Source: Alphaproteobacteria bacterium
GTDB taxonomy: Bacteria > Pseudomonadota > Alphaproteobacteria > SP197
Reading direction: 5' to 3'
NCBI GenBank assembly: GCA_965228895.1
Contig: OZ245842.1
Coordinates: 4,512,001-4,576,000 of the forward strand
DNA length: 64,000 bases
Shown here: piece after piece, positions 1-9,649 of the stretch
Numbering within the stretch: the first letter of the stretch is position 1
How the letters are laid out: every line of letters starts with the position of its first letter
Notes under the pieces: model-generated
Database searches by the model: none
Seen by the model: the letters and a program-made list of their open reading frames with translations, nothing else
What the model was told of the DNA's origin: nothing
Made by a program: the position numbers and the translations under genes

Positions 1-302
1 AATGTCAGCGTGTTGCCGAATCGCTCGAAGACCTGCTCGGCGATGGGGCGACGGTTGCTCAAAGAACTGCCGAGATCGCCTTGCAGGAAGTTGCCGAGCC
101 ATTCGAAGTAACGGATATAGGCCGGACGATCGAGACCCAGTGATGCGCGAATCGCCGCCAGGTTTTCTTCGGTCGCGGCTTGCCCCAGGATCGCCGCGGC
201 AACGTCGCCGGGAAGAATTTCCGTGCCGGCGAAAATAATCACCGATACGACGATCAGGGTTAGGAGGCCGAGCGCCAGGCGCCTTACGATCAGCCCAAAC
301 AT
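1..302 (-). CDS. DppB/OppB-type peptide/nickel ABC permease, N-terminal part (runs off the window edge; missing from the ORF track)
   Basis: Manual translation from ATG at 302: MFGLIVRRLALGLLTLIVVSVIIFAGTEILPGDVAAAILGQAATEENLAAIRASLGLDRPAYIRYFEWLGNFLQGDLGSSL, with the typical PGD...LGLDxP...GDLGxS motifs; purine-rich RBS upstream. Confidence 0.9.
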   Translation of the reverse strand, partial: MFGLIVRRLALGLLTLIVVSVIIFAGTEILPGDVAAAILGQAATEENLAAIRASLGLDRPAYIRYFEWLGNFLQGDLGSSLSNRRPIAEQVFERFGNTLT

Positions 303-597
303 AACGCCCCCTTCGCTCTAAGGGACGTAAACTGCGCGGCGCGCGGTACCAACCGCACGCGCCAACGCACACCGGGTCTTGCTCTCAAAACGCTCCCCCT
401 TTTTATTCGGGGTCCCTCCGGTACGGCACATTGCATGCCCCATGAGCCGACTCGGGACCTCTCGCTTGGCGATATTGAAGCCGATTGTCCAAACCTTGGG
501 AACCCCCAATGTCAGGAGGGTCGTTCCACCCACATGCTGAAGGCCTCGGATTGCAAGGCTTTTGAAGGGAAATTGACCACTCTTGCTGACAGCCGCG

Positions 598-2181
598 TCA
601 CGCGGTGACGGGAACGTACCATTCCTCGCCCCGCACGGTGGTGACGTATTCCGGCCAGTGGAAACCGACTGGCGGATCGAAATCGGGCGGCAGCAACGGC
701 GGTACCCATTTGGCGCCGCCGCGCCCGCCGCCGGTCCGTTCCTCGAACTCGGCACGCGCCTTGTCGAGTTCGTCCGGCTGGGTCAGAAGATCGATGACGG
801 TGGCGCCAATCGTCTTGGCCGCGCATATGACTGTCGGGTCGATGGTCGGCGCATAACCGCCCAGCGCGTTCCACGACCATGCGGGATAATCATACCCGGC
901 CTTCGGCGCTTTCAGCGTGCAACGGCCGACAATCAGACGCACGGTCGGCGTATGCCAGGTCCAGTCGACATAGTCGTCGGACGTGTAGTTCAGTTGCCAG
1001 GGCGGCAGTTGCCGTCTGAGTTCCGCCTCACCGTCCTCGGGATCGTTCAACGTGACCATCTCATCCAGTACCGGCTGTTCCATGGGTTCGAAACCCAGGT
1101 TCGTTTGTATCTCCCGGCAAAAGGCGATGGCCTCGTCATCATATTGAGGTGGGCCGACCAGCTCGAGATTGCGGTAACACAGACGCGCCATCGCGTGGTT
1201 GGGTAAACCGACCCGCGTCTTGGTGACCCATGCCTTGGTCACACGGCAATGAGTCATCGCCGCGACATGCTCGGCGTTCTGGTCGAGGACCTCGGCGATG
1301 CGTTGCTGCATCTTCAGATCCGGCGAACGCCAGGAGTACTGGATCTGGCTGAAGCGCGGCGCCAGGTTGTCGGACGTCGCGTCGCCGGTGCCCAGGATCG
1401 CCTCGTTTAGCGTCCAGGTGCCGGTGTGCGGCAGCATGGACTCCTTCGTGTACTTCGTCGTCGTGTACATCAGGCACAGCGCATCGTTGGCGCCGGGCGC
1501 ACGCGCCACCGTGTGCGCGCTCGAGCCGCCGGCCGCCACCATGCCGCGCCACGTCTCCGGCTCTTCGCAGTCGAACGTATAGATGCAGCTCCAATAGCTG
1601 CCGCAATGGGTGTCCCAAATCGCCGTGTTGGCGCGCAACGTGCCGTAGGACGGATGAAACGACACCGCGGCGTCCATGTCGTCGTAGTAACCTTTGGCGG
1701 CATGCACCGGCTTGGAGCCGCAGACCTTTTCCGCCGGCTCGCCCATGAACTTCAGCCGGCCCTGGATGTCGTGGCTCTCCATCGCCGACTTGGCCGCCAG
1801 GATGCCGCCCAGCGCGGCCATGCCGAGCGCCGAATGGGGGTCGGTGTGGCCGGCGGCGGCACGATGCACACCATCGCGCGGTTTCTTGTAGGGCACGCGG
1901 TCCTGACAGTTGCCGGGCACCGCGTCATACTCGGCATAGGAACCGATGGTCGGCCCGTCGCCGTTCTGCCACGTCGCGCAAAACGCGGTCGGCATGCCGC
2001 CGGTGCCTTCCTCCACATCGAAACCTTCCTGGCGCAGACGGTCGACATACCAAGCCGCAGACTTGTACTCGCGCCACGCAGGCTCGTGGAAATCCCAGAT
2101 CGTCGCGTGCCAGTCCGACAAGGTCTGACGGTTGCTGTCGACCCAATCGAGCGCCGTTAGTTTTTGTTCCGAGATAGCCAT
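598..2181 (-). CDS. M20-family amidohydrolase (AbgB/aminobenzoyl-glutamate hydrolase B-like)
   Basis: EYDAVPG, GEPAEK and SDDY motifs; start placed at MAISEQK (2181) behind a GGAGAGG RBS. Confidence 0.85.
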   Translation of the reverse strand: MAISEQKLTALDWVDSNRQTLSDWHATIWDFHEPAWREYKSAAWYVDRLRQEGFDVEEGTGGMPTAFCATWQNGDGPTIGSYAEYDAVPGNCQDRVPYKKPRDGVHRAAAGHTDPHSALGMAALGGILAAKSAMESHDIQGRLKFMGEPAEKVCGSKPVHAAKGYYDDMDAAVSFHPSYGTLRANTAIWDTHCGSYWSCIYTFDCEEPETWRGMVAAGGSSAHTVARAPGANDALCLMYTTTKYTKESMLPHTGTWTLNEAILGTGDATSDNLAPRFSQIQYSWRSPDLKMQQRIAEVLDQNAEHVAAMTHCRVTKAWVTKTRVGLPNHAMARLCYRNLELVGPPQYDDEAIAFCREIQTNLGFEPMEQPVLDEMVTLNDPEDGEAELRRQLPPWQLNYTSDDYVDWTWHTPTVRLIVGRCTLKAPKAGYDYPAWSWNALGGYAPTIDPTVICAAKTIGATVIDLLTQPDELDKARAEFEERTGGGRGGAKWVPPLLPPDFDPPVGFHWPEYVTTVRGEEWYVPVTA

Positions 2182-2308
2182 GGCCGTTCCTCTCCAGGTT
2201 CGCGCGTTGCGGCCAAGCATGGGACGGCCGGCGCACGGCGGTCAATCGGCGGTTGGGGCACGTTGACCGGCTTGCTAGCATCGCGACGGACCAGCCGGAG
2301 GAACGCTT

Positions 2309-3271
2309 GTGCCCAACCAGCCCCTGAAACCCATCGGCAGCGAGGCGATCGCGCCCTTTACCTATCCCGATACCCTGTTGCGCGCGCAGCGCCAGGAGGG
2401 GCCGGAGGGCCTCGACATCGCCCTCTTCGGCATGCCCTTTGACGGCGGCACAATCGCGCGTGACGGCGCGCGCCACGGCCCCAGCCAAATGCGCCAGATG
2501 TCGATCAACATCCGCGGCTGCAACATGGCGACCGGCGCTGCGCCGTTCGCTGATTGCCGCATTGCCGATATCGGCGACGCGCCGGTCAACTCCTTCGACC
2601 ACGAGCAGAGCGTCGACACGATGACGGCATTCTGCAAAGAGATTGCCGACGCGGGCGCTTGGCCGCTGGCCGCCGGCGGCGATCACTTGATCACGCTCCC
2701 GGTGCTGCGCGGCACGGTCGATTCGGCCAACCCGGTCGGCCTGGTGCACTTCGATGCGCATCCCGACACCCACGACGCCATCTTCGGCACCAAGCTCAAC
2801 CACGCGACACCGTTCCGCCGCGCTATCGAGGAAGGTCTGGTCGATCCCAAACGCCACATCATGATCGGCCTGCGCGGGACAACGCGCGAAACCGACGCGG
2901 CCCTCGACTGGGCGCACGAACAGGGCATCACCATGATCGATGCCGACATGTTCTTCGACCTCGGCGCCAAGGCGACGGCGGAAAAAGCGCGCGCGGTCGT
3001 CGGCGACGGTCCGGTCTATGTCACGCTCGATATCGATGGTGTCGACCCCGCCGACATGCCGGGCACCGGCTCGCCGGAACCGGGCGGCATGCGCATGCGC
3101 GACATGCAGGTCATCCTGCGCGGTCTACGCGGTTTGGATATCGTCGGCGGCGACGTCAACGAGGTCTCGCCGCCGCTGGATCCGACCGGCTACACCGCGC
3201 TCAATGCCGCCCATCTGATGTTCGAAATTCTGTGCCTAATGGGCGAAAACCGAGCGGCACGAGGGATTTAG
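2309..3271 (+). CDS. Ureohydrolase (agmatinase/guanidinobutyrase family)
   Basis: GGDH, HFDAHPDT, LDIDGVDP and TGSPEPGG motifs (binuclear metal ligands intact). Confidence 0.9.
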   Translation: MPNQPLKPIGSEAIAPFTYPDTLLRAQRQEGPEGLDIALFGMPFDGGTIARDGARHGPSQMRQMSINIRGCNMATGAAPFADCRIADIGDAPVNSFDHEQSVDTMTAFCKEIADAGAWPLAAGGDHLITLPVLRGTVDSANPVGLVHFDAHPDTHDAIFGTKLNHATPFRRAIEEGLVDPKRHIMIGLRGTTRETDAALDWAHEQGITMIDADMFFDLGAKATAEKARAVVGDGPVYVTLDIDGVDPADMPGTGSPEPGGMRMRDMQVILRGLRGLDIVGGDVNEVSPPLDPTGYTALNAAHLMFEILCLMGENRAARGI

Positions 3272-3274
3272 CGA

Positions 3275-4570
3275 CTATCCGCTTAGCCAGGCGAACTTGG
3301 CGATGAAGATGGCCGCCAGCACCAGGACCGCCGGTTTGGCGTCGCTGAAGCGGCCGGAGGCGAGCTTCAAGACCGCATAGGTGACGAAGCCGAGCGCCAG
3401 GCCGTCGGCGATCGAGAAGGTGAACGGCATGGCGATCGCCAGGACGACACCCGGCGCATACTCCGTCACGTCGTTCCAGTCGATTTGGGTCAGCGCCTGG
3501 GTCATCAAACACGCGACAAACAAGAGCGCGGGCGCCGTCGCGTAGACCGGCACCGTATCGGCCAGTGGCGACAAGAAAAGTGCGAACATAAACAGGATCG
3601 CGACAACCACAGCGGTGAGACCGGTGCGCCCGCCTGCCCTGACACCGGCGGCACTTTCGACATAGCTGGTAACCGGCGATGTGCCGACAAACGCGCCGGC
3701 CACCGTCGCGGTCGAATCGGCGATCAAGGCGCGCTTCAGGCGCGGCAGCTTGCCGTCGGCATCCAGCAGATTGGCGCGGTAGGCGACGCCGATCAGCGTG
3801 CCCGACGTATCGAAGAGATCGGTGAACAGAAAGGCGATGATGATGGCGATCAGCGCCACATCGAACGCGCCGGCAATATCAAGCTGGAGGAACACCGGCG
3901 ACGGGTCCGGCGGCATAGCGGCGATTCCCTGGAAGTCGCTGACCCCCATCGCGATACCGACAGCCGTTACCGCAAGGATGCCGATGATGATGGCGCCCGG
4001 CACCTTGAGCGCGTCGAGCGCGGCAATGACGATGAAACCGGCCAGGGCCAGGATCACCGTGGTCTGCGTCAGATCGCCCATGGCGACCAGGGTGACGGGG
4101 TCGTCGACCACGATGCCGGCGTTCTTGACCGCGATGATGCCCAGGAACAGGCCGATGCCGGCGGCGGTCGCCATCTTCAAAGACTTCGGGATCGAGTTGA
4201 TGATCCACTCGCGCACCGGCAGGACGGAGATGATGACGAAGGCCACGCCGGAAATGAAAACGGCGCCCAATGCGACCTGCCACGTATGGTCCATGCCGAG
4301 CACGACGCCATAGGTGAAGAAGGCGTTCAGCCCCATGCCCGGCGCCTGGGCGATCGGGTAGTTGGCATAAAGGCCCATGATCGCGCAGCCGATCGCGGCT
4401 GCGATGCAGGTGCCGACAAAAACGGCGTTAAAGTCCATGCCGGCATCCGACAGGATCGCCGGGTTGACGAAGATGATGTAGGCCATGGTCAGGAACGTCG
4501 TGATCCCGGCCAGCACCTCCGTGCGCACGGTCGTGCCGTGCTCTTCCAGTTTGAAGAAGCTGTTCAGCAT
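3275..4570 (-). CDS. NCS2-family (AzgA-like) purine/nucleobase permease
   Basis: FLTMAYIIFVNP, APGMGLNAFF, DLFDTSGT and YVESAAG...GGRTGL motifs; many TM segments. Confidence 0.92.
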   Translation of the reverse strand: MLNSFFKLEEHGTTVRTEVLAGITTFLTMAYIIFVNPAILSDAGMDFNAVFVGTCIAAAIGCAIMGLYANYPIAQAPGMGLNAFFTYGVVLGMDHTWQVALGAVFISGVAFVIISVLPVREWIINSIPKSLKMATAAGIGLFLGIIAVKNAGIVVDDPVTLVAMGDLTQTTVILALAGFIVIAALDALKVPGAIIIGILAVTAVGIAMGVSDFQGIAAMPPDPSPVFLQLDIAGAFDVALIAIIIAFLFTDLFDTSGTLIGVAYRANLLDADGKLPRLKRALIADSTATVAGAFVGTSPVTSYVESAAGVRAGGRTGLTAVVVAILFMFALFLSPLADTVPVYATAPALLFVACLMTQALTQIDWNDVTEYAPGVVLAIAMPFTFSIADGLALGFVTYAVLKLASGRFSDAKPAVLVLAAIFIAKFAWLSG

Positions 4571-4584
4571 GGCTTGCCCCCGGC

Positions 4585-4721
4585 TAGAGCGGATCGTGTT
4601 TAGGCGGAACCGTTAGACGGTTCCGCCTAAACACGTGAATCCGCTCTCCCTCTATGAGTAGAGCAGATTCACCTGCTTTGACGGAATCGCAAACCGATTC
4701 CATCAAAACTGGATCTGCTCT
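4585..4721. repeat. Copy 1 of a 137-bp double-palindrome intergenic element (RIME/Bru-RS-like)
   Basis: TAGAGCGGAT..ATCCGCTCT hairpin followed by TAGAGCAGAT..ATCTGCTCT hairpin; second copy 174 bp downstream. Confidence 0.85.
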
Positions 4722-4758
4722 GGGGCCGCCTACCCCAAGGCAGCCGCAGGCGGCACCG

Positions 4759-4896
4759 TAGAGCGGATCATGGTTAGGTGGAACCGTCTTACGGTTCCAC
4801 CTAACCATGTGAATCCGCTCTCCATCCAAGAATAGAGCAGATTCACCTGTCTCGTCGGAATCGCGAAGCGATTCCACCAAAACAGGATCTGCTCTA
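4759..4896. repeat. Copy 2 of the 137-bp double-palindrome element
   Basis: Aligns without gaps to 4585-4721 at offset +174. Confidence 0.85.
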
Positions 4897-5046
4897 TCAG
4901 CCCGGCCAATCCGCTGCCCAGAGCTTGATCCACAGTCCCAAGCTGCTTATAGATGGACCTACCAACTGGCACTTGGTCGTTTGTGAAGGGCCGCCGCTTG
5001 ACCGCATCCCCGGTCGCGCGGAACGCAAACGAGGGAGTTCGGTGCC

Positions 5047-6015
5047 ATGTTGCCGGTTATCGATGTTTCCAACCTGTCTTCTGCAAACCTTAACGAGCGC
5101 CGGGGCGTCGCGCGCGCCCTTGGCGATGCCTATGGTGAAGCAGGCTTTGCCTATATCGCCGAACACGGCATTCCGCAGGCCATCCTGGACGACGCGCTCA
5201 ATGCCATGCGCGCCTATTTCGCACGACCCGAGAGCGAGAAACGTCTGCTGGCGAGGCGCGAAGGCCAGTATCGCGGCTACGTCCCCGTCATGCCGTTTGG
5301 CCAGAACGCCGATGACGCGCCGCCTGCCCTCTACGAAGCCTTTTTGATCGGCCACGACCCCGATCCCGACCATCCGGAAGTCCACGCTACCAAAGGACTC
5401 TTCGGTCCCAATGTCTGGCCCAGCGAACCCACTGGTTTCCGTCAGGCGATGACCGCCTATTGGGATGCGGTTTCCGGTTTGTCGGACCGGCTTCTAAGAG
5501 CCTTTGCGCTGACCCTCGATCAAGACGAGATGGTCCTGATCGAAAAGTTCAAGCATCCGCTGACCAACATCTCGTTCCTCTACTACCCGCCGCGGCCGGG
5601 GACCGAAGAACACGCCCCCGACGACATGAATGGCCATCGCGACACCAACGCGATCACCATTCTGCTGCCAAGCGCTGTCGGCGGGCTGGAGGTCGCGGCA
5701 CCGGGCGGCGGCTGGATGGAGGCGCCGCCCAAACCGGGCTGCTTTGTCGTCAACATCGGCAACATGATGGAGTGCTGGTCCGGCGGACGGCTGAAGTCGA
5801 CCTATCACCGTGTGCATCCGCCGCGCGACAAGGAGCGCTATTCAATCGGCTATTTTGCCGTGCCGGATTTCGGCACGGTCGTCGAGCCGCTGCCAGGTCT
5901 GCCGGTCACCGGCGCACCCGACGACATGGCGCCGCGCCATGCCGGCAAGGATCTGGCGGCCTTCGTCAAGAAGTTTGACGATGATGTGGACCGCGCCAAG
6001 CGCGGCGCTGCCTGA
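5047..6015 (+). CDS. 2-oxoglutarate/Fe(II) oxygenase, isopenicillin N synthase-like family
   Basis: LPVIDVS N-terminus, HRD...H facial triad (GHRDT, STYHRV) and RYS 2OG-binding motif. Confidence 0.9.
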   Translation: MLPVIDVSNLSSANLNERRGVARALGDAYGEAGFAYIAEHGIPQAILDDALNAMRAYFARPESEKRLLARREGQYRGYVPVMPFGQNADDAPPALYEAFLIGHDPDPDHPEVHATKGLFGPNVWPSEPTGFRQAMTAYWDAVSGLSDRLLRAFALTLDQDEMVLIEKFKHPLTNISFLYYPPRPGTEEHAPDDMNGHRDTNAITILLPSAVGGLEVAAPGGGWMEAPPKPGCFVVNIGNMMECWSGGRLKSTYHRVHPPRDKERYSIGYFAVPDFGTVVEPLPGLPVTGAPDDMAPRHAGKDLAAFVKKFDDDVDRAKRGAA

Positions 6016-6069
6016 GACGTTCGTGGATTAGTTGGCATCACCGACCTACTCCCCAACCCGGCAGCCGGG

Positions 6070-6777
6070 TCAGCTTGCTTTGGCGGCGTCCTTGTAAGCC
6101 TTCTTTAGCTTGTCGAGCGTGAAGCCTGGTTTCTGGCAGGCATCAAGAATGACCGCCTCGCGGCGCGCCTGAAGGTCGGCGGTCTTGACGACGTCGCGCG
6201 CGACGTCGTCTGGAATGACAACCGCGCCATGACAATCGGCATGCACGAGGTCGCCATCGCGCACCACCATGCCCAGCACGTTGACGTCGACGGCAAAGTC
6301 GACGAGATGCACGTGGGCATGCGACGGGCCGACCAGCCCGGCAATAGCTTGGAAATCGTCGGCAAACATGTCGAGATCGCGGATGCTGCCGTTGGTCACC
6401 GTTCCCAGACAGCCAAACGCCTTGTGGATGTTGGAGTTAACCTCGCCCCAGAACGCGCCGAAGCCGGCTTGCGCGCCATCCAGATCCTGCACCACGCTGA
6501 TCGCCGGTTTCGGGCCCTTGTCCAGGTAGGCCCAATAACCATGACGTTGGTCGAGCGCCTGTTTTGCCGTTGCCGATGACGGTTCCTTCGCCCGGCAGGT
6601 GGCCGTCTTGGCATAGCCGACGATGGGCTTCATCTGAGGCCGCAAACAGAAGAACGGCTCGACGATGAAACCCTTCGACTGGTAGTCGGGTGCCAGAATG
6701 TCGAGTGTGTTGCAGATGGTCGGCGTGTCGATCTCGGTGAGCGCGGCAAGCTCTTTGGCGTTCAAGCGTTTGGTCAT
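6070..6777 (-). CDS. RraA-family protein (HMG/CHA aldolase-like)
   Basis: DTPTICN, AFWGEVNS, GTVTNGSIRD and GDLVHADCHG motifs; start at MTKRL. Confidence 0.82.
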   Translation of the reverse strand: MTKRLNAKELAALTEIDTPTICNTLDILAPDYQSKGFIVEPFFCLRPQMKPIVGYAKTATCRAKEPSSATAKQALDQRHGYWAYLDKGPKPAISVVQDLDGAQAGFGAFWGEVNSNIHKAFGCLGTVTNGSIRDLDMFADDFQAIAGLVGPSHAHVHLVDFAVDVNVLGMVVRDGDLVHADCHGAVVIPDDVARDVVKTADLQARREAVILDACQKPGFTLDKLKKAYKDAAKAS

Positions 6778-6840
6778 AGCGGTTCCCTGTGCGGCTGAGT
6801 TGGCGAACTTAGAGCATGTCTTCGCGCGATGGCACAAACG

Positions 6841-8076
6841 TCATGCAGGACAAGGCAGAATGTCGAACGGAAACTTGCCGCCCAGATTACGTGCGCCCGT
6901 CTTTTCGATGACAAACGTATCGATCAGGCCGGTGTTCCACAGCGTCTCGAAGTTGCCGACGAAGCCCTCCTCCCACACGACATCGTCGGGCGGGTCTTCG
7001 TCATAGGAGAAGTTGAACTCGTCGACCCAGTCGGGCGGCAGGGCGATGCCGAGTTCGTAGCCGATGCACCAGCCAGGCGTACCGGCCATGCCGACGTCTT
7101 TGTAGTAGCGGCGTAGCTCCGCGTTGACCTCGCGTACCGGCCTGTCCGCGCGCGCTTCCTTGGCGAACACGTCCCACGACCCCGCCGACTTCTTGTACCA
7201 GTCGCACAGGTCGGCCGGCGGCTCGCCCACCCAATAGCCGCGCAGCAGATTGCCGTGATAGCGGAAATAGACACCGCAGGCATCGATCTTCACATGTTCG
7301 TTCGCCTGGATGACGCGGCGGCGCGGCATCTGGTGGCCGCCGATCGTGTTGCCGGATTGAATCATGATCGGGATGGCCGAGAGTTCGCCACCGGCATGGT
7401 GCATGGCATGCGCCATTTCAGCCTCGACGTCGAGTTCGGTGACGCCCGGCTTTATGGTGCGCCTTGCCGCCTCGTGCCCGAGCGCGCAGATTACCATGGC
7501 CCGCTCGATATGGGCGATCTCGGCCGGCGACTTCACGCGCCGCGCGTGACGCAGGATCATGCTGGCGTCGACGACGTCGCAGCCGGCGTCGCGGAACGCC
7601 GCCTCGATGGATTCGCTGACCAGTCGGTTCGGCTGGAAGCTGCGCATCTCAAGCCCAACCCGTGTGCCCTGCTTGATCAGGCCGCTTTTCCGAAGCTCGC
7701 GCACGATGAACGGTGGCTGGCCTTCGGGGCTGCGGTCATCGAAGAAACGTATGTCTCGGACAACCGAGGTCTTGTAGAGCAGCGGGTCCTCGCCAATGGC
7801 GTCGAAATGAATCGGCTCGTCCCAGTCTTGCGCCAGCGCCGTGCCCAAACACGCACCCCAGTTGGACGGCGCGTGGGTGCGGTACCATGCCGCGAAGTAC
7901 CCATGCAGCCAGCACATATGCGCGGGCGACGTGGCATAAAGGATGTCGATCCCATCGGCCGCCATCATGGCTTTCGCCTTGGCCCAGCGAGCCTCGTATT
8001 CGCTGCGGTGAAACGCCAGTTCGACCGCTTCGGCTGTCGCACGGTCGAAACTTCCGGACACCCGCGGCTGCGCCAT
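6841..8076 (-). CDS. M24 (creatinase/ectoine hydrolase EutD-like) hydrolase, metal ligands degenerate
   Basis: RRVKSPAEI, KPGVTE and GYELGIALPPDW motifs; start at MAQPRV. Confidence 0.8.
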   Translation of the reverse strand: MAQPRVSGSFDRATAEAVELAFHRSEYEARWAKAKAMMAADGIDILYATSPAHMCWLHGYFAAWYRTHAPSNWGACLGTALAQDWDEPIHFDAIGEDPLLYKTSVVRDIRFFDDRSPEGQPPFIVRELRKSGLIKQGTRVGLEMRSFQPNRLVSESIEAAFRDAGCDVVDASMILRHARRVKSPAEIAHIERAMVICALGHEAARRTIKPGVTELDVEAEMAHAMHHAGGELSAIPIMIQSGNTIGGHQMPRRRVIQANEHVKIDACGVYFRYHGNLLRGYWVGEPPADLCDWYKKSAGSWDVFAKEARADRPVREVNAELRRYYKDVGMAGTPGWCIGYELGIALPPDWVDEFNFSYDEDPPDDVVWEEGFVGNFETLWNTGLIDTFVIEKTGARNLGGKFPFDILPCPA

Positions 8077-8212
8077 GCCATTCACTCCCACGTTGATCGG
8101 ACAGGCCGCTAACGCAGCACAGGCCCGCACGGGCGGCAAGTCCCGATGGCCGCCTTGACAGACCCGCGCAGTTCCCGTGAGGTCAGCGCACATAATCAGG
8201 GAGCGGAAGACC

Positions 8213-9643
8213 ATGACCGAGTGGTGGCGGAAGACGGCTGGAGAACTGGCGACGGCGATCGCCGCGAAGAAGGTCAGCGCCGAGGAGGTCATGGAAAGCC
8301 ATCTCGACCGCGTCGACCAGGTGAACGGCAAGCTGAACGCCATCACGGTCAGAATGGACGAGGAGGCCCGCGCCGGCGCGCGCGCCGCCGATGCGGCGAT
8401 CGCCGCGGGCGAGTCTCTGGGTCCGCTGCACGGCGTGCCCGTCACGATCAAGGAGAACGTCGACCAGAAGGGCTACGCCACCACCAACGGCGTCGAGGCC
8501 TTTGTCGAGGTTGTCGCCGATGACGATTCGCCTGTCGTCGCCAATCTACGCAAGGCGGGCGCCATTCCCATGGGCCGCACCAACACACCGGAGTTCTCAC
8601 TGCGCTACTTCACCGACAACATCCTGCGCGGTCTGACCCATAATCCCTGGGCCAAGGACCTGACGCCTGGCGGCTCCTCCGGCGGCGCCGGCGCGGCGGT
8701 CGCGTCGGGCATGGGCTCGATTGGCCACGGCAACGACTTGGGTGGCTCCGTGCGCTATCCGGCCTACGCTTGCGGCATCGTCGGTATCCGACCATCCATG
8801 GGCCGGGTGCCCGCCTTCAACCCAACCCAGACCGAGGAGCGGCCGCCGACCATCCAGCTCATGAGTGTTCAGGGACCCCACTGCCGCAACGTCGCCGACA
8901 CGCGCCTGGCGCTGGCCGCCATGGCAGCGCGCGATCCGCGCGATCCCTGGTGGGTGCCCGCACCGCTTGACGATGCCGCGCCCCGCACGCCGCGCCGCGC
9001 CGCCATCTGCGCCGACCCCGGCGGCGTGGGCGTCGACAAGGATGTGGCGGACGCGGTGCGCAAGGCAGGCGACGCGCTTGCCAACGCGGGTTATGACGTC
9101 AAGGAGATCGACGGGCCGGACATCATGATTGCGGCCCGCCTTTGGATGCAGCTCCTGATGACGGAAGCCGGCATCATGATGGAGCCGGCGATCCGCAACT
9201 ATGGCAGCGACAAGATCAACCGGGTCTACGACCTCTATCAAGAAAGCCAGCCGGCGTTCTTCGGCAACGACGCGCCGGATCAGAGCCTGGAAGGTTACCT
9301 GCGCGCACTTGCCGCCCGTGCCGGCGTGGTACGCGATTGGACGATGTTCCTGGAGGAGCACGATCTGTTTGTCGGTCCGGTCTCATGCGAACCGCCGTTC
9401 AAGATCGGCGCCGACGAGACGTCCGCCGCGCGCACCGCCGAGATCTGGCGCGCCAACCGGCTGACCTATGGCATGAACCTGACCGGCCTGCCCTCCGCCG
9501 CCGTGCCGACCGGGCCGGTCGAGGGCGTGCCCATGGGTGTTCAGATTATCGCCCAGCGTTATCGCGAAGACCTGGCGCTCGATGCCGCGCAAGCGGTCGA
9601 AGACGCCTGCGGTATCGCGACACCGATCGATCCAGCCTGGTAG
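8213..9643 (+). CDS. Amidase (amidase signature family)
   Basis: GVPVTIKE, GGSSGG and GNDLGGSVRYPA motifs (Ser-cisSer-Lys triad). Confidence 0.93.
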   Translation: MTEWWRKTAGELATAIAAKKVSAEEVMESHLDRVDQVNGKLNAITVRMDEEARAGARAADAAIAAGESLGPLHGVPVTIKENVDQKGYATTNGVEAFVEVVADDDSPVVANLRKAGAIPMGRTNTPEFSLRYFTDNILRGLTHNPWAKDLTPGGSSGGAGAAVASGMGSIGHGNDLGGSVRYPAYACGIVGIRPSMGRVPAFNPTQTEERPPTIQLMSVQGPHCRNVADTRLALAAMAARDPRDPWWVPAPLDDAAPRTPRRAAICADPGGVGVDKDVADAVRKAGDALANAGYDVKEIDGPDIMIAARLWMQLLMTEAGIMMEPAIRNYGSDKINRVYDLYQESQPAFFGNDAPDQSLEGYLRALAARAGVVRDWTMFLEEHDLFVGPVSCEPPFKIGADETSAARTAEIWRANRLTYGMNLTGLPSAAVPTGPVEGVPMGVQIIAQRYREDLALDAAQAVEDACGIATPIDPAW

Positions 9644-9649
9644 AGGACT

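Noticed and set aside
2-238. Plus-strand 78-aa ORF
   Set aside because: Shadow of the minus-strand dppB-type permease
4584-4880. 98-aa minus-strand ORF with an internal 58-aa duplication
   Set aside because: By-product of the 174-bp (58-codon) repeat period; the substitutions preserve base pairing, and no protein family is recognisable
4585-4896. Possible CRISPR array
   Set aside because: Only two long composite units, no unique spacers of regular length, and no cas genes
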